Notes: generated by a model not told the origin, from the letters alone. 15,440 nucleotides of DNA from Hormoscilla sp. (GCA_051439505.1 JBFRWI010000003.1:1-15440), one strand, 5' to 3'; positions 7,417-15,211 are shown, counted from the stretch's first letter. Numbers and translations: made by a program.

Positions 7417-8883
7417 ATGGCAAATCAGGAACATCTGGCGAAGCTCAAGCTTGGGGTGGACGCTTGGAATGACTGGAGAAAGCAAAACCCCCAGATCGAG
7501 CCAGACTTATTTAGGGCTAACCTTTTGGGGGCCAATCTTGCTGGGGCCAACCTCAGGGGGGTCAATCTCAACGAGGCCAACCTCAGCGGGGCGGACTTCA
7601 GCGGGGCCAATCTGCAATCAGCAGAGTTGATCGGGGCTAACCTCAGCAGGACAAATCTGAGTGGGGCCATCCTCAGCGAGGCCACGCTCAGCGAGGCCAT
7701 TCTCAGCAAGGCAAATCTGACCGGGGCGTACCTGAGTGGGGCAGACTTCATTAAGGCAGACCTGAATTCCGCAGACCTGAACTCTGCCGATCTCAGCAGG
7801 GCGGACTTGAGTAAGGCCGACCTGAGTAAGGCCGACCTGAGTGGGGCGGACCTGTTCGGGGCCGACCTGTTCGGGGCCGACCTGTTGGAGACGAACCTCA
7901 GCAGGACGGACCTGAGTTCGGCAGACCTCAGGGGGGCATTCCTGACCAGAACCCATGCATTGGGTGCTAACTTTAAGGAGGCATTTTTGACTGGAGCCTG
8001 TTTGGAAGATTGGCAGATTAACAGCGCTACTGAACTTGATGGGGTGATTTGCGAATATTTTTATTTACAGTATCCCGATCGCGAACGTCGCCCCGAGAGC
8101 GGTTCTTTGGCTCCAGGAGAATTTAGACAGATGTTTGGGGGGGAGTCGGAAATTGTCGAGTTGATTTTTGCCCAGGGGATTGATTGGAAAGCTTTTTTTT
8201 CTTCATTTAACAAGGTCCAAACTCGGCGAGACGCCGCACTATCTATTCAGGCCCTTGAGAAAAAGCGCGATGGTGCTCTCGCTATTCGGGTGTATGTTCC
8301 TGCTGATGCTAATAAAGCAAGGGTGCAACAATATTTGCAACGCGAATACGAACTGGAATTGAAAGCCTCCGATCGCGCCATTGGGTTAATGGATGTAGAT
8401 GAGGAGACTGCGGAGGATCCCGATCGCAGTACGGACCTGAGAGAAATTGCTCATATATTGGCCAGCAGTCACATTACGGTTGAAGGGGTAACTCAAGCGG
8501 AAAATGGAGCGGGGACCGCAGGGATAACCGCACAGGAAAATGGACTGGCAACTGTGCAAGATCTTCGGGAACAGTTGCAGGATAACTTGATAGATGATGG
8601 GTCCGACCCGACGGAGTGCGATCGCCCCTCGGAAACGATACCCCTAGCATCGACAGCAGGTGAAATTCAGCAAGTCCTCTGCCAGATGTCCCAGACTTAC
8701 CCGACCAGTACCCCGGTGGAGAAGCTGATGGCAGTCGCCGAGGCCGTGAGGGCGATCGAATCAGATCGCACGCGCCTGCAACGGGTTGTGGATATCCTGA
8801 AGGCAGGGGGTACGGCGGCCTTGCAACAGGCGATCGACCATCCCTTGGCTCAGATCTTACTGGCGGCCCTGTCGGAAACGTAA
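7417..8883 (+). CDS. Pentapeptide repeat protein with C-terminal helical domains
   Basis: MANQEHL...GVDAWNDWR start, long A(D/N)Lxx repeat run, LTGACLEDWQIN, C-terminal EIQQVL.QMSQTYPT...LKAGGTAALQQAIDHPL module. Confidence 0.92.
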   Translation: MANQEHLAKLKLGVDAWNDWRKQNPQIEPDLFRANLLGANLAGANLRGVNLNEANLSGADFSGANLQSAELIGANLSRTNLSGAILSEATLSEAILSKANLTGAYLSGADFIKADLNSADLNSADLSRADLSKADLSKADLSGADLFGADLFGADLLETNLSRTDLSSADLRGAFLTRTHALGANFKEAFLTGACLEDWQINSATELDGVICEYFYLQYPDRERRPESGSLAPGEFRQMFGGESEIVELIFAQGIDWKAFFSSFNKVQTRRDAALSIQALEKKRDGALAIRVYVPADANKARVQQYLQREYELELKASDRAIGLMDVDEETAEDPDRSTDLREIAHILASSHITVEGVTQAENGAGTAGITAQENGLATVQDLREQLQDNLIDDGSDPTECDRPSETIPLASTAGEIQQVLCQMSQTYPTSTPVEKLMAVAEAVRAIESDRTRLQRVVDILKAGGTAALQQAIDHPLAQILLAALSET

Positions 8884-8935
8884 CGCTACATCTTATGTTA
8901 AGCTATAGTATAAAGCAATTCGGAGCCCTTAAGTG

Positions 8936-9229
8936 ATGCCAACAAGTCAACAGAACACAACGCAAGTCACATTTTATTATGACAATGGAGAGTCAGAAGC
9001 CTTTAATCTACCAGTTCCGCCAGCAGAATTCAAGAAGCAAGTCAATCTGCTGTTGGAAAGACCCTGGTTGACATTCCATCTGTTCGATCAAACAGTATTT
9101 GTCTGCATGGCCCGGGTGGTGAAGGTGGAGGTGAAGCCTCCCCTGTCGGAAATAGTGGGAGTCGGGGTGTTCCCGAATGCCGATCGGGTGACGAATATGC
9201 AGCGGGGTGCTACTGGCAGGTTTGTTTAG
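8936..9229 (+). CDS. Small hypothetical protein
   Basis: ~97 aa ORF filling the gap between two genes on the same strand, with plausible globular composition; start GTG 8933 or ATG 8936. Confidence 0.75.
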   Translation: MPTSQQNTTQVTFYYDNGESEAFNLPVPPAEFKKQVNLLLERPWLTFHLFDQTVFVCMARVVKVEVKPPLSEIVGVGVFPNADRVTNMQRGATGRFV

Positions 9230-9260
9230 TTTGTTGTTAATTATTGTAGGAGTAACATTG

Positions 9261-10220
9261 ATGTCTACTGTCAGTTTAATTCGGGCCTCCTCCTATGAGT
9301 TGCAAGAACTGCGGCAGTCTGTGTTAAAGCTGCTGGAACCCTTGGGGGGGATAGAGGCCATTGTCAAACCGGGCGATCGGGTGTTGCTGAAACCCAATTT
9401 TTTGACGGCGTCTCGTCCGCAGAATGAATGCGTGACGCGGAAAGAACTGGTGTACTGCGTTGCCGAACTGGTGCAAGCAGCAGGAGGCAAGCCGTTTTTG
9501 GGAGATAGTCCCGCATTTGGCAGTGCTAAAGGGGTGGCGAAGGCAAATGGTTATCTGGAATTGATAGCAGAATTGAATTTGCCAATTGTGGAATTTCACG
9601 GCCAGCGCTACGAGACTGTCAGCGAGGAATTCAATCATCTGCGCCTATGCAAAGAGGCGATGGATGCTGATGTGGTGATTAACTTGCCGAAGGTCAAATC
9701 TCACGTGCAGTTGACCATGACCATGGGGGTGAAAAACCTTTTCGGTTGCGTGCCTGGGAAGATGAAAGCTTGGTGGCACCTGGAAGCAGGTAAAGATAGT
9801 GCCCGCTTTGGGGAAATGTTGGTGGAAACGGCCCGGGCAATTAACCCAAATTTGACCATTATTGATGGGATAATTGGTCATGAAGGGAATGGTCCGAGTA
9901 ATGGGGAACCCCGTCATTTGGGAATTTTGGGCGCTTCTACTAACGTATTTGCCATCGATAGCTCAATGCTGGCAATTCTGCAGGTAGACCCCACAACTGT
10001 GCCCACGGCAGCAGCTTCCCAGCGACTCGGACTATGGCAGGCGATCGCAGATATTAATTTTCCCCTGCTGCACCCCGAAGAACTGCTGGTTGATGACTGG
10101 AAATTGCCCGCATCTCTCGTCCCGATCGATTTTGCCATGCCGAGGGTAATCAAATCTACCTTCAAGCATCTCTATATCCGCTTTATCAAAGAGCCGATCG
10201 GTGCTTATGCTAGTCGCTAA
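9261..10220 (+). CDS. DUF362 domain protein (putative Fe-S protein)
   Basis: VKPGDRVLLKPN, ADVVINLPKVKSH, TMGVKNLFGCVPG, IIDGIIGHEGNGP; AGGAG RBS before ATG 9261. Confidence 0.9.
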   Translation: MSTVSLIRASSYELQELRQSVLKLLEPLGGIEAIVKPGDRVLLKPNFLTASRPQNECVTRKELVYCVAELVQAAGGKPFLGDSPAFGSAKGVAKANGYLELIAELNLPIVEFHGQRYETVSEEFNHLRLCKEAMDADVVINLPKVKSHVQLTMTMGVKNLFGCVPGKMKAWWHLEAGKDSARFGEMLVETARAINPNLTIIDGIIGHEGNGPSNGEPRHLGILGASTNVFAIDSSMLAILQVDPTTVPTAAASQRLGLWQAIADINFPLLHPEELLVDDWKLPASLVPIDFAMPRVIKSTFKHLYIRFIKEPIGAYASR

Positions 10221-10298
10221 CGTCATCGTTGCATAAATCCGACCCATCGGCCAAAAGGTTAAAACTGACCGGAATGCACCATTCTCAGGAACGTCTCC

Positions 10299-10354
10299 TG
10301 GCCCGCCCGGGGTTCAAACCCCGGGCTAATAGCTCAAGTGGGTTAAAACCCACT
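10299..10354 (+). repeat. Two-hairpin REP-like dispersed repeat, copy 3
   Basis: GCCCGGGG-TTCAAA-CCCCGGGC, TAATAGCTCA, AGTGGGTT-AA-AACCCACT. Confidence 0.85.
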
Positions 10355-10523
10355 CTCCAGTCTTATATAGAAAGGGTAAGGTCCAGGTTTTTCTCTCGTT
10401 TTCTTCTCCTTCCCCGGCGGGAACCTGAGAAGGAGTTATCGAGGCGGGAGTCTCTAGTTTAAAATGGTGCAATATCTGAGTTAAAATAGAAAGAAGTCTT
10501 TGTTCAGTTACAATCATTGAATT

Positions 10524-12008
10524 ATGACTAATGCTGCAGCTGTAACAACTGAGTACGAAGCCATTATTGGTTTGGAAACTCACTGTCAACTGAGTACCAA
10601 AACGAAAATTTTCTCCAATTCTTCGACGGAATTTGGTGGTACTCCTAACACCAATATCGACCCCATATGTATGGGAATGCCCGGAGTCCTTCCCGTCCTC
10701 AACGAAAAGGTTCTGGAATATGCGGTGAAGGCGGGTTTGGCCCTCAATTGCGAGATTGCTAAATACAGCAAGTTCGATCGCAAGCAATATTTCTATCCAG
10801 ATCTGCCGAAGAATTACCAGATTTCTCAGTACGATCTCCCGATCGCGGAACATGGTTGGCTGGAAATTGAACTGATGGATGCTGATGGCAACCCCGTGCG
10901 GAAAAAGATTGGCATTACTCGCCTCCATATGGAGGAAGATGCCGGAAAGTTGGTCCATGGCGGCAGCGATCGCCTCTCGGGTTCGACCTATTCTCTGGTA
11001 GACTATAACCGCGCGGGAGTGGCCCTGGTAGAAATAGTCTCGGAACCGGATATGCGATCGGGACAGGAAGCTGCTGAGTACGCCCAAGAACTGCGTCGGA
11101 TTATGCGTTACCTGGGGGTTAGCGATGGTAACATGCAAGAAGGTTCCCTCCGCTGCGATGTGAATATCTCCGTTCGTCCTGTGGGTCAAGAGGAATTTGG
11201 CACGAAGGTGGAAATTAAAAATATGAACTCCTTTAATGCCATCGGACGGGCGATCGACTATGAAATTGATCGGCAAATTGCGGCGGTGGAAGCAGGGGAG
11301 AAGATCGTCCAAGAAACGCGCCTCTGGGAAGAAGGTTCTCAACGGACTATTAGCATGCGCAGCAAGGAAGGTTCTAGCGACTATCGCTACTTCCCGGAAC
11401 CGGATTTACCGCCGATTGAAGTATCGAAAGAACAGCGGGAAACATGGAAATCTCAATTGCCGGAACTGCCCGCCCAAAAGCGCGATCGCTATGAAAGTAA
11501 ACTGGAACTTTCTGCTTACGACGCCCGGGTGCTGACGGACGATCGGGCGGTGGCGGAATATTTTGAAGCTGCCGTCGCGGCAAATGCCAATCCCAAGCAA
11601 GCAGCAAACTGGGTGATGGGGGACATTGCGGCCTATTTGAATGCGAACAAACTCGGCATTACCGACATTGCCATTACCCCCGAGGCCCTAGCGGAGATGG
11701 TAAACTTGATTGAAGATAAAACCATCAGCAGCAAAATTGCCAAAGACATCTTGCCCGAGCTATTATCAAAAGGAGGGTCGCCGAAGGAGTTGGTGGAAAG
11801 TAAGGGTTTAATCCAAATTTCCGACCAAAGCGCTCTGGAAGCTATAATAGATGAAGTGATTGCCGCTCATCCCAAGGAACTGGAACAGTATCGCAAGGGT
11901 AAAACTAAGCTGCAAGGTTTCTTTGTCGGACAGGTGATGAAGAAAACTAGCGGTCGCGCCGATCCCAAGTTGACAAATCAGTTGTTGGGTAAAAAACTTA
12001 AGGGTTAG
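10524..12008 (+). CDS. gatB: Asp-tRNA(Asn)/Glu-tRNA(Gln) amidotransferase subunit B
   Basis: [85 protein letters not shown]. Confidence 0.98.
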   Translation: MTNAAAVTTEYEAIIGLETHCQLSTKTKIFSNSSTEFGGTPNTNIDPICMGMPGVLPVLNEKVLEYAVKAGLALNCEIAKYSKFDRKQYFYPDLPKNYQISQYDLPIAEHGWLEIELMDADGNPVRKKIGITRLHMEEDAGKLVHGGSDRLSGSTYSLVDYNRAGVALVEIVSEPDMRSGQEAAEYAQELRRIMRYLGVSDGNMQEGSLRCDVNISVRPVGQEEFGTKVEIKNMNSFNAIGRAIDYEIDRQIAAVEAGEKIVQETRLWEEGSQRTISMRSKEGSSDYRYFPEPDLPPIEVSKEQRETWKSQLPELPAQKRDRYESKLELSAYDARVLTDDRAVAEYFEAAVAANANPKQAANWVMGDIAAYLNANKLGITDIAITPEALAEMVNLIEDKTISSKIAKDILPELLSKGGSPKELVESKGLIQISDQSALEAIIDEVIAAHPKELEQYRKGKTKLQGFFVGQVMKKTSGRADPKLTNQLLGKKLKG

Positions 12009-12019
12009 AATAAGGTAAC

Positions 12020-12133
12020 CTGGTTCCTAGGCTCAGCCTGGGAACCGTCAACAGAGGCTCTGCCTCCTGTTGGTTAATGACACGGGAGGCAGAGCCTCAA
12101 AAACAGCATTGGCAGGTTCTACCTGCCAACGAG
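12020..12133. repeat. Three-hairpin palindromic element downstream of gatB (possible terminator/RNA stabiliser)
   Basis: GGTTCCTAGGC-TCA-GCCTGGGAACC (12022-46); GAGGCTCTGCCTCCTGT...ACGGGAGGCAGAGCCTC (12054-98); TTGGCAGGT-TCT-ACCTGCCAA (12109-29). Confidence 0.85.
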
Positions 12134-12230
12134 ATCTATCCTACTATTCTACCTGGGATACTTCTGGTGAATGAGTTCGATCGCCTGCCACGGGTGCCGA
12201 TAATTCTTCGCCGAGAAGGGACTTTCCCCA

Positions 12231-12260
12231 TTTTGAATTCTGAATTTTGAATTTTGAATT
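12231..12260. repeat. Heptamer tandem repeat (TTTTGAA)x4, STRR-like
   Basis: TTTTGAA TTCTGAA TTTTGAA TTTTGAA TT. Confidence 0.85.
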
Positions 12261-12264
12261 GCTT

Positions 12265-12477
12265 AGTGGTACATTCATCCTTCAGACAGCTTGCGATTTG
12301 CCTGAAGGCATTCAAGTTGAACTTTTTGTAAAATTACCTCAAGTCATTCCCCCCAAGATCGCCGATCTTGGTGCTAGACAGGATTTTTTAAGGCGACTTG
12401 TCGAACGAATGCAACAAAACCCTATTCCCTCAAATGCTCCTCTGTTTACGCGAGATATGTTCCATGAACGCAGTTGA
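12265..12477 (+). pseudogene. Probably 5'-truncated antitoxin (DUF104/AF2212-like)
   Basis: SGTFIL...DLPEGIQVELFV pattern and FTRDMFHER C-terminus typical of antitoxins upstream of PIN genes. The heptamer repeat sits where the start codon and RBS should be. Confidence 0.6.
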
Positions 12478-12544
12478 CACGAACATTTGAATTGACGTTA
12501 ATGATTCGCGAGATCCTGGCAAGCAGGCAATTGCAGCTTCTTTT
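12464..12544 (+). pseudogene. PIN-domain toxin remnant
   Basis: ATG 12464 reads MNAVDTNI*IDVNDSRDPGKQAIAASF: PIN N-terminal xDTN motif, in-frame TGA at 12488-12490, homology lost at about 12545. Confidence 0.8.
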
Positions 12545-12568
12545 GCACGCGAGCGTGTTATACTAGGC
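12545..12568 (+). repeat. Isolated 3' end of the long recombination-site-like element, with core GTTATAC (12557-12563)
   Basis: GCACGCGAGCGTGTTATACTAGGC matches 13617-13640 at 22/24. Confidence 0.75.
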
Positions 12569-12634
12569 ATAGCCTCTGAAACGGACGAGCAGCGGTGTGG
12601 ATTAAAATAGAAAAAGTTACTGCCCATTTCCTGC

Positions 12635-13102
12635 ATGAGTGAAACTGTCTACATTGAAACGAGTATCTTAGGCTATCTTACTGCTCGATCCAGCAGAGAT
12701 CTTGTCGTGGCTGCCAATATAGAGATTACGAGGGAGTGGTGGGATACGCGCCGTGGTTACTTCCAACTCTACTCTTCGCAAGCCGTCGTCAAAGAAACGT
12801 CACAAGGAGATGCTCAAATAGCATCTCAACGACTCGCAATCATTCGCGATCTGGCGTTACTCGATTTGAACCAATCTGTGATCGATCTAGCAGAGCAGTT
12901 GCTGGGACGCAGTAACCTGCCTGCCAAAGCTGATGTTGATGCTATTCATATCGCAGCCGCAACTGTTCATGGCATGGATTACCTGCTGACGTGGAACTGC
13001 AAGCATATTGCTAATGCTCAAATTCAGATAAAATTTGCAGAAATAAGTCTTGATTTTGTACCCCATACGAACTGCTTGGAGGTTAATTATGTATCCCGAT
13101 GA
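12635..13102 (+). CDS. PIN-domain (VapC-like) toxin with a frameshifted C-terminus
   Basis: VYIETSILGYLTAR...REWW...DAIHIAAATVHGMDYLLTWNCKHIANA. The family-type ending CTPYELLGG* lies in another frame (13057-13086). Confidence 0.85.
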   Translation: MSETVYIETSILGYLTARSSRDLVVAANIEITREWWDTRRGYFQLYSSQAVVKETSQGDAQIASQRLAIIRDLALLDLNQSVIDLAEQLLGRSNLPAKADVDAIHIAAATVHGMDYLLTWNCKHIANAQIQIKFAEISLDFVPHTNCLEVNYVSR

Positions 13103-13298
13103 GATTGTCGAAGAAATTCACAGAATCCGTGAAGAGTACTCTCGTTCATTCAATCACGATCTAAAAGCCATATTTGCTGATTTACAAAAGCAGCAAGCGG
13201 CAAGCGGCAAGGAAGTTGTGAATTTATCTCGAAAGCCCGGTAGAACAAGACGTTGGAGCGGACGGGCGCGAGATATTGGTGGAGATGCTCCCGAATAA
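13089..13298 (+). CDS. Small protein downstream of the PIN gene (putative antitoxin)
   Basis: MYPDEIVEEIHRIREEYSRSFNHDLKAIFADL; GGAGG RBS at 13078-13082; the 3' end reads into the attC-like site. Confidence 0.8.
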   Translation: MYPDEIVEEIHRIREEYSRSFNHDLKAIFADLQKQQAASGKEVVNLSRKPGRTRRWSGRARDIGGDAPE

Positions 13299-13326
13299 TC
13301 TCCGCCGCTCAATTTAGCCGTTGTTA
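13240..13326 (+). mobile_element. attC-like integron cassette recombination site
   Basis: R'' GTAGAAC (13240-46), 5 nt, left arm GTTGGAGCGGACGG, right arm CCGCCGCTCAAT (pairs with two extrahelical bases), 6 nt, GTT at 13320. Confidence 0.75.
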
Positions 13327-13333
13327 TGATGCC

Positions 13334-13640
13334 GAATTAACTCTGTAAAAACTTAAGGCCGATCGCCCCCACTGTCTCGGCATATTCTTCATGCAGACCG
13401 GTGGTTACCGTACAGTTCTGTACGGGTTGCATCCCTTGCGCCACCACGGGATATCGATATATGAGAACAGAAAGGGGTCGTCGGGGCGATCGGTACAAGA
13501 TCGGCAGGTAGGCAGAAAGAGGCACAGCCGTGCGAAATTTCAAAGAGCTGAATCTCTTTATGGGAGAGGCTTTCAGGCAAGTTAACAAAAATTAACTTGC
13601 CTTATAGGCTACCTTGGCACGGGAGCGTGTTATGCTAGGC
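13334..13640 (+). repeat. Long non-coding repeated element ending in GTTATGC (attI-like or atypical att site); left boundary uncertain
   Basis: 13425-13512 is homologous to 14784-14881, and 13617-13640 to 12545-12568. Internal inverted repeats at 13408-13425, 13548-13576 and 13575-13602. Confidence 0.6.
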
Positions 13641-13741
13641 TCAGGAAATAGGTCCAGAGCGATTTGGACCACCTCCGGCGGCGGCATACTGTTCGCCCAC
13701 AAGATATCCACCGGCAATAGGCTTGGGCAGCTATTTGCCGT

Positions 13742-13805
13742 GCCGAACCATTCAGTGGAGGCGGATGTGGGGTATAAAGCACCGCTAGCATCAAGGTCGT
13801 TATTG
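13742..13805 (+). mobile_element. Short degenerate attC-like site
   Basis: GCCGAAC-CATTC-AGTGGAGGCGGATGT...GCACCGC...GTT at 13799, directly upstream of the methyltransferase. Confidence 0.5.
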
Positions 13806-13844
13806 ACAACAAATGAAATTCAATTAGGCAAATCAGAGAAGAAA

Positions 13845-14708
13845 ATGAAACTAAGCAAATCTGAGTATAACAAATCGAGGGATTTCTATGATGAGATTTT
13901 TAATGAATTCAAAATGGATTTTTCTCTCTATGAGGATTTGGTTGAAATATTGAAGCCGAAATCTGTATTAGAGCTGGGTTGCGGAATGGGTCGATTGTTC
14001 GGGATATTTATGAAAGAAGCAAAGGAGATAACCGGGATTGATTTAAGTGATGAAATGATATCTCAAGGAAGGAAGTATTATGCCGAACATAAGGTAGAGA
14101 ACGCAATTGTTGAATTTGTGAATACAGATATGTGTTCATTCCAACTCAATAAAAAATATGATTTAATTGTGTTTGCCTTGTCCGTATTAAAACATTTAAG
14201 TACGGATAAAGATCGACTTACCGCTTTGAAAAATGCCAAAGAACATTTAAGTGAAGAAGGATTTATTGTTATTGACCAAGCACCTTTGCTGTACGCTTCG
14301 AGACCCACGGATTGGATTGATGCCAAAAACTCACTGGTAGCGGACTGGTTGCCAGCTACCAGTGTTCTTGACGGTTACCAATGGAAGAAATCTCTAGAAG
14401 GGAACATAGACATTCTGCAATGGAGGTATAAGAATTCAGAAGAAATCCAATTTGAGGCTCAGTTTACAACTTACCGATATGATATCGATCGACTGATTGA
14501 GCATCTCAGTCAACTGGAGATGAGTCACGAGCAGATGCTCACGGAATGGGGTGTTAATGGTTTAGGCAATAAAGGAAAACGATTTATTGGTTTAGCTTGT
14601 CATCCAGGGAAAAAATACAGCCCGAAACGCGAACTCATAGAGAAGGTGAAAAAGCGTAATGAAAGATTATGGTCCGATTTCGATCTGTATCTTGAAGACA
14701 AAAAGTAA
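13845..14708 (+). CDS. Class I SAM-dependent methyltransferase
   Basis: VLELGCGMGR motif I, TGIDLSDEMI, TDMCSFQLNKKYDLIV, HLSEEGFIVID. Start ATG 13845 (MKLSKSEY). Visibly more AT-rich than the core genes. Confidence 0.9.
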   Translation: MKLSKSEYNKSRDFYDEIFNEFKMDFSLYEDLVEILKPKSVLELGCGMGRLFGIFMKEAKEITGIDLSDEMISQGRKYYAEHKVENAIVEFVNTDMCSFQLNKKYDLIVFALSVLKHLSTDKDRLTALKNAKEHLSEEGFIVIDQAPLLYASRPTDWIDAKNSLVADWLPATSVLDGYQWKKSLEGNIDILQWRYKNSEEIQFEAQFTTYRYDIDRLIEHLSQLEMSHEQMLTEWGVNGLGNKGKRFIGLACHPGKKYSPKRELIEKVKKRNERLWSDFDLYLEDKK

Positions 14709-14723
14709 ATGAAAATGTAAAGA

Positions 14724-14885
14724 TGCCAACATCCTGAATACCTTCTCAGGTTTCCCGTGACTTGATGGCGATCGCCAGCTACTGGTTGCCATCCCTGGCG
14801 CCACCACACCGATACAGACTGGATATCGATATATGAAAACAGAAAGGGGGATGGGCGATCGGGACAAGATAGGTAGGTAGGTAAC
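14724..14885 (+). repeat. Second, 3'-truncated copy of the long element
   Basis: GGATATCGATATATGAAAACAGAAAGGGG (14821-49) matches 13449-77 at 28/29 with flanking homology. TGCCAAC at 14724-30 lies just after the methyltransferase stop. Confidence 0.75.
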
Positions 14886-14911
14886 TGACGAGGAAAAATA
14901 TGGTCAAGATT

Positions 14912-14940
14912 TGCTATACTCAAGCAGAGGGTCTAGGAGG
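14912..14940 (+). promoter_or_regulatory. Extended -10 element and RBS of the UPF0175/DUF3368 operon
   Basis: TGCTATACT at 14912-14920 and AGGAGG at 14935-14940. Confidence 0.5.
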
Positions 14941-14947
14941 TTATGCC

Positions 14948-15211
14948 ATGAAAATCGCGATTGAAATACCTGACAAAATCGCCAAGTATATGGAAGAGAA
15001 ATGGGGTAATCTGGAACAGCGGGTGTTGGAAATTACCGCTGCCGAAGCCTATCGAGATGAGGCAATTACTCATGCTGAGGTGGGGCGGATACTTGGCTTG
15101 GGCCGCTATGAAGTTGATGGGTTTCTCAAGAAAGAAGGCGCTTATCTAAACTACACCCTAGCAGATCTAGAGCAAGATGTCCAGAATATTCGCAAAGTGA
15201 GGGGAAAATGA
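14948..15211 (+). CDS. UPF0175 family protein (putative antitoxin)
   Basis: MKIAIEIPD...EAYRDEAITHAEVGRILGLGRYEVDGFLKKEGAYLNYTLADLEQD; RBS before ATG 14948. Confidence 0.88.
   Translation: MKIAIEIPDKIAKYMEEKWGNLEQRVLEITAAEAYRDEAITHAEVGRILGLGRYEVDGFLKKEGAYLNYTLADLEQDVQNIRKVRGK

Noticed and set aside
7510..7940. 15-bp periodic DNA repeats and long antisense ORFs
   Set aside because: Explained by pentapeptide repeat coding
10326..11342. 338-aa minus-strand ORF
   Set aside because: Antisense shadow of gatB with no recognisable motifs
12140..12230. Possible minus-strand gene tail between the gatB hairpins and the heptamer tract
   Set aside because: Two short frames are open but neither is recognisable, so no call is supportable without a search
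13337..13588. Three short overlapping ORFs (83, 63 and 64 aa)
   Set aside because: They lie in the repeated element, whose second copy differs by frame-breaking indels, which points to non-coding sequence
13614..13844. 77-aa N-terminal extension of the methyltransferase
   Set aside because: It starts at TTG inside the repeat element, runs through the attC-like site (PNHSVEAD), and differs in composition; ATG 13845 is more plausible
14900..14947. Longer start for the UPF0175 gene
   Set aside because: The -10-like box and AGGAGG lie inside this stretch, favouring ATG 14948
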